The position numbers and the translations under genes were made by a program. Positions 58,703-64,000 of a stretch of DNA of 64,000 nucleotides are shown here, in pieces. The DNA is taken from the IMG/VR virus record IMGVR_UViG_3300034104_004859, one strand, 5' to 3'. The notes under the pieces were generated by a model. That model was not told the DNA's origin. It worked only from the letters and a program-made list of their open reading frames with translations, and did no database searches. This stretch comes from an uncultured virus (IMG/VR IMGVR_UViG_3300034104_004859). Taxonomy: Duplodnaviria > Heunggongvirae > Uroviricota > Caudoviricetes. Position 1 is the first letter of the stretch; each line of letters begins with the position of its first letter.

Positions 58703-59908
58703 ATGGTAAAGTCTAAAAAAGACAAAGTAAGTAACCAAGTTTACAAAGTTGTAAAAGTTGGTACACATTTTAAGTTGGCAAATACAGCCGGTACAATTAT
58801 AGGTACGAATGGTATAAACACAGGTACTCGTAAGAAAGCTTACGATACTAAGAAAGCTCTTAGAGAGGTAGTAGGTAAAGGTGGAAAAATTTCATATCGT
58901 TTAGTTGATATGAAAGAGTATTCGGACTTAGTTGCTCCATTAAAGAGTAACGCTGAAGTGAACAACGAAGTGAGTGGTGCACATGAAGATATCAAAAACT
59001 TCATCCACAATGATTCAGTAGCATTAAAGCCGGAATCAATCGTAATGACTGACCTTAAGTGGAAGTACTTAATTCGTTCAGCAGTTAGAGCAAAAAATAT
59101 TATGATGACTGGACCTGCTGGTTGTGGTAAAACAATGGCAGCTAAAGCATTAACTAAAGGTTTAAATCGTCCTGATTTCTACTTTAACTTAGGTGCTACG
59201 CAGGATGCTAGAGCAACCTTAATTGGTAACACACACTTTGATAGTAAGAAGGGTACATTCTTTAGTGAATCTGCTTTCGTAAAAGCTATAAGTACTAAAA
59301 ACGCTGTTATCTTATTAGATGAGTTGAGTAGAGCACATCCGGACGCTTGGAATATCTTAATGACAGTATTGGACCAGGGCCAAAGGTACTTAAGATTGGA
59401 TGAGGCTGTTAATTCTCCAATTGTGAATGTGGCTGAAGGTGTGACCTTTATCGCTACCGCTAATATCGGGGGTGAATACACGTCAACACGTGTTATTGAT
59501 AGAGCAATTATGGACCGTTTCACTACAATTGAAATGGATGTGTTGAATGATGAGCAAGAATTTGGATTATTGAAATATATGTACCCTAATGTGAATGATG
59601 ATGATTTGAAAGCAGTAGCTGAAATCGCTCATCACACTCGTGAGGTAAGTAAAGGTGGTGATGGTAAGTTGAGTACAATGGTATCAACTCGTGCTAGTGT
59701 TGAGGTAGCTGGGTTGTTGTATGATGGATTCAATTTGTTTGAAGCAGCTGAGATTGGTATTTTCCCATTCTTTAGTAACGATGGTGGAGCAGATAGTGAA
59801 AGAACTTATGTGAAGCAGTTAGTTCAGAAGTATGTGAAGGATGAGAAGGCTGATGAGAAATTATTCACCGAACCAACCGAAGAAGATAGTGAAACTATTG
59901 TTTGGTAG
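58703..59908 (+). CDS. MoxR/CbbQ/CobS-like AAA+ ATPase
   Basis: GPAGCGKT, LLDELSRA, ATAN, DRA..DRF, STR. Confidence 0.9.
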   Translation: MVKSKKDKVSNQVYKVVKVGTHFKLANTAGTIIGTNGINTGTRKKAYDTKKALREVVGKGGKISYRLVDMKEYSDLVAPLKSNAEVNNEVSGAHEDIKNFIHNDSVALKPESIVMTDLKWKYLIRSAVRAKNIMMTGPAGCGKTMAAKALTKGLNRPDFYFNLGATQDARATLIGNTHFDSKKGTFFSESAFVKAISTKNAVILLDELSRAHPDAWNILMTVLDQGQRYLRLDEAVNSPIVNVAEGVTFIATANIGGEYTSTRVIDRAIMDRFTTIEMDVLNDEQEFGLLKYMYPNVNDDDLKAVAEIAHHTREVSKGGDGKLSTMVSTRASVEVAGLLYDGFNLFEAAEIGIFPFFSNDGGADSERTYVKQLVQKYVKDEKADEKLFTEPTEEDSETIVW

Positions 59909-59936
59909 TGTTAAGGGGTTAGCCTCCAAACATAAC

Positions 59937-59964
59937 GGGAGGGCTTCGGTCCTCCCATTTTTTT
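59937..59964 (+). terminator. Rho-independent terminator with a cUUCGg tetraloop
   Basis: GGGAGGGC-TTCG-GTCCTCCC-A-TTTTTTT. Confidence 0.9.
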
Positions 59965-59984
59965 AACCCTATAAAATTTAAATT

Positions 59985-60161
59985 ATGAAAGAAAATTATT
60001 TTAATTATTGGTATAAAAAATTCATCAAAGATGGATTGAAGGCATGTAAAACAATTGTTGGATTAGGTATCGCAGTAGGATTATGGTATTCGGTTAATTT
60101 ACCAATTGGTATTATGTTCTTTGGTTGGGTATTGATAGAAGCATTAATAGATAGAAATTAA
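59985..60161 (+). CDS. Small membrane protein (58 aa); not in the ORF track
   Basis: MKENYFNYWY...TIVGLGIAVGLWYSVNLPIGIMFFGWVLIEALIDRN. Confidence 0.65.
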   Translation: MKENYFNYWYKKFIKDGLKACKTIVGLGIAVGLWYSVNLPIGIMFFGWVLIEALIDRN

Positions 60162-60172
60162 AAAAAACAAAA

Positions 60173-60346
60173 ATGAAAAAATTTAGTGTAAGCGAAATGC
60201 TTATTTTGGTGGTATGTGTAGTGTGTATATTCGTAAGTGAATACATCTACTTAGTTCAAAACAACGTATTAAAAGCAATCTTTATTGGATTATGGCCACC
60301 AACCATATTAGGATTGTTAAACTTTATTAATATCAAACGAAAGTAA
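60173..60346 (+). CDS. Small two-TM protein (57 aa); not in the ORF track
   Basis: MKKFSVSEMLILVVCVVCIFVSEY...AIFIGLWPPTILGLL. Confidence 0.65.
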   Translation: MKKFSVSEMLILVVCVVCIFVSEYIYLVQNNVLKAIFIGLWPPTILGLLNFINIKRK

Positions 60347-60347
60347 A

Positions 60348-60725
60348 ATGGAAAATTTAGATATAATAATTCTTTCAACTATTGTATCAACATTGTTTGT
60401 TGTATTTGGTATCGTTATGTATAAGGAATTAAAAAACGCATCTGACCAAAGTGATGATTTGTATGATAATGGCCCTAGAGCAAATATGATTAGGTTCATT
60501 GGTTCTATGTTTGATAGTGAATCAACAAATAAGATGACAAAAAAAGAAAAGGTTGCAGTATATAACGCAGTCAAACGAACAATGGCTGATATGGAAAGTG
60601 ATGGTGTATATTTTCCTGAAGATGTTAAACAGGAGCTTGAAAAGAAAAGAGAAGAATTACATTGTGAATATAGTGGGCTACCATCAGTAAAAGCATATGA
60701 ATCAGTTAATAATATTATTAAATAA
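60348..60725 (+). CDS. Membrane-anchored hypothetical protein
   Basis: N-terminal TM; C-terminal CEYSGLPS. Confidence 0.65.
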   Translation: MENLDIIILSTIVSTLFVVFGIVMYKELKNASDQSDDLYDNGPRANMIRFIGSMFDSESTNKMTKKEKVAVYNAVKRTMADMESDGVYFPEDVKQELEKKREELHCEYSGLPSVKAYESVNNIIK

Positions 60726-60730
60726 ATTAT

Positions 60731-61357
60731 ATGTTAAGTAAAGCAAACGGAAACGAATTAATAGATAGCTTTGAAAAAAGTAAGAGATTAAGTGAAGCCA
60801 CAAAATACTATGGACTATTTTTGGAATCATTGGGGTTTGACTATATGGCTGACCCTCAAACAATAGATACCCCAAAGAGAGTAGCTAAAGCTTGGTTGGA
60901 TGATTTGATTAAAGGTAGTGTATCGGCTGAACCTAATATCACTGTGTTCCCAAATGAGGAGCATTACAATGGTGTAGTTATTCAGACGGGTATCAAAGTT
61001 AATTCAATGTGTGCCCATCATAACTTACCTTTCTATGGATACGCAGCTGTGGCTTACATACCAAAAGAAAACGTAATTGGATTGAGTAAGTTGAATAGAA
61101 TTGTAGAATGGTTCAGTAGGAGACCTCAAATGCAGGAATCCCTAACGGCTCAGATACATAAATTCGTTAGTGATAAATTGCAGTGTGATGATGTAGCAGT
61201 ATCAATTAGTGGACATCACCTTTGTTGTGGTATGAGGGGAGTACAACATCCTGATAGTATGATGACAACCAATAAATTTAGTGGGGCATTTGTGGAGAAA
61301 GATAACTTAGTAAGACAAGAATTCTTACACGCAATTAAAATGAACAATTTAAAATAA
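60731..61357 (+). CDS. folE: GTP cyclohydrolase I
   Basis: TPKRVAK, SMCAHH.LPF.G, GLSKL.RIV...SRRPQ.QE.LT, H.C..MRG. Confidence 0.95.
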   Translation: MLSKANGNELIDSFEKSKRLSEATKYYGLFLESLGFDYMADPQTIDTPKRVAKAWLDDLIKGSVSAEPNITVFPNEEHYNGVVIQTGIKVNSMCAHHNLPFYGYAAVAYIPKENVIGLSKLNRIVEWFSRRPQMQESLTAQIHKFVSDKLQCDDVAVSISGHHLCCGMRGVQHPDSMMTTNKFSGAFVEKDNLVRQEFLHAIKMNNLK

Positions 61358-61363
61358 AATAAT

Positions 61364-61513
61364 ATGGACAAGATTAAAAGGATTTGGAATTTAGTGTATA
61401 TACCAACAGCATTCTTTTTGGGTGCATTAAATATGTGGATAGGTGAAACAGGAATAGGATGTTTATTTATTCTATTTGCAACAAACGAAACAATAAATAA
61501 AAAATATGAATAA
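61364..61513 (+). CDS. Small hydrophobic protein (49 aa); not in the ORF track
   Basis: MDKIKRIWNLVYIPTAFFLGALNMWIGETGIGCLFILFATNETINKKYE. Confidence 0.55.
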   Translation: MDKIKRIWNLVYIPTAFFLGALNMWIGETGIGCLFILFATNETINKKYE

Positions 61514-61667
61514 TCAAACAAATGGTTGGATGGAGAAGTTAGCAAAAAGCTATAAGTTACCAGAGGAACAACCTAAACAAAAGAAAGAACCAGTATCTCT
61601 ATTAAGAGAATCTCAATTAAAGATTATAATGGGTAGGGATAAAAAAGATTTGGTAAATAAGAAATAA
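61506..61667 (+). CDS. Small hypothetical protein (53 aa); not in the ORF track
   Basis: MNNQTNGWMEKLAKSYKLPEEQPK...; overlaps the previous stop. Confidence 0.5.
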   Translation: MNNQTNGWMEKLAKSYKLPEEQPKQKKEPVSLLRESQLKIIMGRDKKDLVNKK

Positions 61668-61680
61668 TTTCGTATATTTG
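61649..61680 (+). promoter_or_regulatory. Bacteroidota-type -33/-7 promoter
   Basis: TTTGG (61649-61653), N20, TATATTTG (61673-61680). Confidence 0.75.
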
Positions 61681-61697
61681 TATAAATTAAATTAGTT

Positions 61698-61961
61698 ATG
61701 AAAACATTTAATGATTTAGAATTTGTACCACATGCTGCCGGAATGGGAGGTGTGATGAGCCGTATCCAATTTGAAAACGGATATGGTGCTAGTGTAGTTA
61801 AGACCGATTATACCTATGGAGGTGATAAAGGTTTGTATGAATTAGCAGTATTGGATAGTGATGGTAACTTAACATACGCTACATCTGTTACCGATGATGT
61901 GATTGGATATTTAAGACCGGAAGATGTAACTGATGTATTGGTTAAAATTCAACAACTATAA
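61698..61961 (+). CDS. Conserved phage hypothetical protein
   Basis: FENGYGASVV....YGG..GLYELAVL. Confidence 0.7.
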   Translation: MKTFNDLEFVPHAAGMGGVMSRIQFENGYGASVVKTDYTYGGDKGLYELAVLDSDGNLTYATSVTDDVIGYLRPEDVTDVLVKIQQL

Positions 61962-61962
61962 T

Positions 61963-62355
61963 ATGATAGCTAATATACTAAGAGGTACAAAGAGAAATCC
62001 ATATTCATCTTCTAAAGTAAGAAAGATGCGTAGTGATAGAATGTTGACTAAAGCTAAGAAGGATGGAGTTAGTAATGACCAAGTCCAACATTATTTAGGT
62101 AAGTTACAAGCTGCCGGACATATGAGATTGAGTGGTATGAGTTCATTTGATACTAAAATAGATGCCGATGTATTTAGTGATGGTAAGGCTATAAAAGCTA
62201 CTACTATTAAATTTGATACAATACTTGAGAAGGGAATGGGTGAGAGACCGCATATGACTGGTTATTTGACATCGGCTAGTGATAATGATAAACAATATAA
62301 ATTAAAGGGTTGGTTTAATGAGGATGGAACATTCCGAATTGAACTTGTAAACTAA
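61963..62355 (+). CDS. Hypothetical protein
   Basis: ATG at 61963 preferred (no overlap with the previous gene). Confidence 0.6.
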   Translation: MIANILRGTKRNPYSSSKVRKMRSDRMLTKAKKDGVSNDQVQHYLGKLQAAGHMRLSGMSSFDTKIDADVFSDGKAIKATTIKFDTILEKGMGERPHMTGYLTSASDNDKQYKLKGWFNEDGTFRIELVN

Positions 62356-62360
62356 TAGCA

Positions 62361-62852
62361 ATGGGATATAATAAATTCAGATGGTGGACTAAGGGTAGAC
62401 CTAATAACCCACTTAAAGCTGACGCTCCGTTATTATTGAAAATCCGAAATGGTGACTTTGATTATTCGTATATGTTTAATGAGGCTATTGGTATGAGAGA
62501 AACGGCTAAACAGGCATACGAACAAACATACAAAAACTATGGTGGCACGGATGAAAAGAATCGGCAAGAAGCGGCATTAGAAGCTGGTAGGATGAAAAGG
62601 GTTAAGGCTATTAAATTGGAGTTAGAAGCAAACAGGGAAGAGCAAATGACCCTATGGAAACTACAAATGGAACTAAAGAAAGAGTTTGGTAAGGACTTGT
62701 GGGAGAAAGCTATGGAGAGACAAAGAGGTAAGGGTACATTGGAGGACTTGTATATGTGGTATAAGAAACAAGTTAAGCAAGGTACTACCAAATCGGAAAC
62801 TGATATTCAATTAAAAAGAACGAATACTTTAGGACTGGAATATTTATTCTAA
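62361..62852 (+). CDS. Hypothetical protein
   Basis: 163-aa helical ORF, FRWW...KIRNGDFDYS. Confidence 0.65.
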   Translation: MGYNKFRWWTKGRPNNPLKADAPLLLKIRNGDFDYSYMFNEAIGMRETAKQAYEQTYKNYGGTDEKNRQEAALEAGRMKRVKAIKLELEANREEQMTLWKLQMELKKEFGKDLWEKAMERQRGKGTLEDLYMWYKKQVKQGTTKSETDIQLKRTNTLGLEYLF

Positions 62853-62861
62853 ACATAGAAC

Positions 62862-63056
62862 ATGGAAAATTTAATAAAATTAGAATCTATTAATGTATGG
62901 GCTGGTCCTTTGGGTGTAATGCCTTCGGATGAAAACAACCTACCAATAATGGAGGAAAGTAGAAGCTGGGGAAGTTTAGAAGCTGAATGGTTTCAAAACT
63001 TATCCGTAGAAGATAAAGAATTAGTAAACGAAATTATAAACAAAAAAAATAACTAA
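62862..63056 (+). CDS. Hypothetical protein
   Basis: 64-aa ORF in the operon. Confidence 0.6.
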   Translation: MENLIKLESINVWAGPLGVMPSDENNLPIMEESRSWGSLEAEWFQNLSVEDKELVNEIINKKNN

Positions 63057-63061
63057 TAGTT

Positions 63062-63340
63062 ATGGAAATCGTAAAGAGCAGATTTGGAGTAGACCGTTCA
63101 ATTGAAAGAATCAATTTGAACAAAGTAAGAGTATTAGGTGAATCACAATTCATCCGTAAATCAACTAACAAACAAGGTGATATCACTATGTTTGATTTTG
63201 AAGGAGGTCCTTGTTATTCATTGGGCGGTAAATTCTTCTTTGAGAAAATGAATTGGAGAATCAACTACATTGAGCCAATGGAAAGTGGTTACAAAGACCT
63301 TTATGAGGTGAACCTACACATTGAACCAATTTGGAGATAA
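63062..63340 (+). CDS. Hypothetical protein
   Basis: 92-aa ORF, FDFEGGP motif. Confidence 0.6.
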   Translation: MEIVKSRFGVDRSIERINLNKVRVLGESQFIRKSTNKQGDITMFDFEGGPCYSLGGKFFFEKMNWRINYIEPMESGYKDLYEVNLHIEPIWR

Positions 63341-63531
63341 TGACATTTGAAGAATTGCAAAGACAAGAAGTTGGGAGATTAAACAACGCTTTGATTTCTC
63401 AATCACTTCAGCCGCAAGATAGAAAACTACTTAACCAAAAGATGTTCAATCCTAAAACAGGTGAACTACAACTATTTGTTGATAATGGTAAAGGTGGTGT
63501 AAAGATGGCGGCGGTGAATATCTTTGAATAG
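63340..63531 (+). CDS. Hypothetical protein
   Basis: TAATG coupling; ATG at 63340 preferred. Confidence 0.55.
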   Translation: MTFEELQRQEVGRLNNALISQSLQPQDRKLLNQKMFNPKTGELQLFVDNGKGGVKMAAVNIFE

Positions 63532-63591
63532 AACGAACCCCTTTGGGGAGAGTCGTTAGGTAAAAATTTTTGATAGTGAATATTTATTGGT

Positions 63592-63684
63592 ATGAAAATA
63601 CTAATAATCAAAATACAAGCTATCATCCTAGCTATCGGAGTTGGGATATACGAATATTACAAAGGTGGAAACAAACCATTTTAA
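63592..63684 (+). CDS. Putative 30-aa hydrophobic peptide; not in the ORF track
   Basis: MKILIIKIQAIILAIGVGIYEYYKGGNKPF, after an ATATTTATT motif. Confidence 0.4.
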   Translation: MKILIIKIQAIILAIGVGIYEYYKGGNKPF

Positions 63685-63697
63685 AAATAAATAAATT

Positions 63698-64000
63698 ATG
63701 GCATATAGTGATAAAGTTTTAGACCATTACCAAAACCCAAAGAATGTAGGTACGTTGGATAAAAGTAAATCTAATGTAGGTACTGGATTGGTAGGAGCAC
63801 CTGAATGTGGGGATGTTATGAGATTACAAATTGAAGTAGTGGATAACATTATAGTTGATGCAAAATTCAAAACCTTCGGATGTGGTTCGGCAATCGCATC
63901 ATCTTCGGTAGCAACTGAATGGTTGAAAGGTAAGAGTTTGGATGAGGCAATGACGATTGATAATATGGATTTGGTTGAGGAACTAAATCTACCTCCTGTA
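63698..64000 (+). CDS. iscU: Fe-S cluster scaffold IscU (3'-truncated by the window edge); not in the ORF track
   Basis: MAYSDKVLDHYQNPKNVG...VGTGLVGAPECGDVMRLQI...DAKFKTFGCGSAIASSS...ELNLPPV. Confidence 0.95.
   Translation, partial: MAYSDKVLDHYQNPKNVGTLDKSKSNVGTGLVGAPECGDVMRLQIEVVDNIIVDAKFKTFGCGSAIASSSVATEWLKGKSLDEAMTIDNMDLVEELNLPPV

Larger units (their letters stand above)
1..64000 (+). mobile_element. Segment of a large lytic dsDNA bacteriophage genome (T4-superfamily-like replication module; probable Bacteroidota host)
   Basis: PolB + sliding clamp + two clamp-loader subunits, tail-fibre-like proteins, auxiliary metabolic genes, tightly packed unidirectional genes, no cellular housekeeping operons, no integrase seen. 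Confidence 0.9.

Noticed and set aside
63532..63557. GC-rich hairpin AACGA-A-CCCC-TTT-GGGG-AGAG-TCGTT as tRNA, ncRNA or terminator
   Set aside because: Too short for a tRNA, irregular stem, no adjacent U-tract; cannot assign a function
1096..63626. All minus-strand ORFs and short alternate-frame plus-strand ORFs in the track
   Set aside because: They lie in the shadow of well-supported + strand genes and lack recognisable motifs; the PDV/PEV-repeat ORFs at 16208 and 17090 are just the antisense of GTS repeats
1..64000. Stop-codon reassignment, as in some large phages
   Set aside because: TAA, TAG and TGA all terminate genes at sensible boundaries, and long conserved genes are intact in code 11

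Overview
AT-rich, gene-dense fragment with every credible gene on the + strand. It looks like part of a large (jumbo-type, T4-superfamily-like) dsDNA bacteriophage, very probably infecting Bacteroidota: ten TTTG-N20-TAnnTTT(G/A) promoters, A-rich non-Shine-Dalgarno leaders, DUF4494 and an SprB-like domain all point that way. Layout: (1) 1-12.6 kb, DNA modification and replication (two Mom-like acetyltransferases, a GT-B glycosyltransferase, a GmrSD-like DUF262+HNH protein, family B polymerase, sliding clamp, DruA/DUF4338-like protein, dUTPase, clamp loader, Fe-S PD-(D/E)XK nuclease). (2) 12.6-37 kb, a very large soluble glycan-synthesis cluster with a (Gly-Thr-Ser)n collagen-like protein. (3) 38-46.7 kb, fibre-like proteins, a subtilisin and two mucin-like Thr/Ala/Pro proteins, followed directly by a putative protein O-glycosyltransferase, a GT8, a radical SAM protein and sulfation genes. 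(4) 50-64 kb, accessory genes (SET, WavE, sulfotransferase, vWA + MoxR-type AAA pair, FolE, IscU). The most striking candidate system is a phage-encoded pathway for a decorated (fucosylated, formylated, methylated, sulfated) mucin-like virion glycocalyx. A 25-bp palindromic operator-like repeat family also stands out. All family assignments come from motif recognition by eye; no searches were run.
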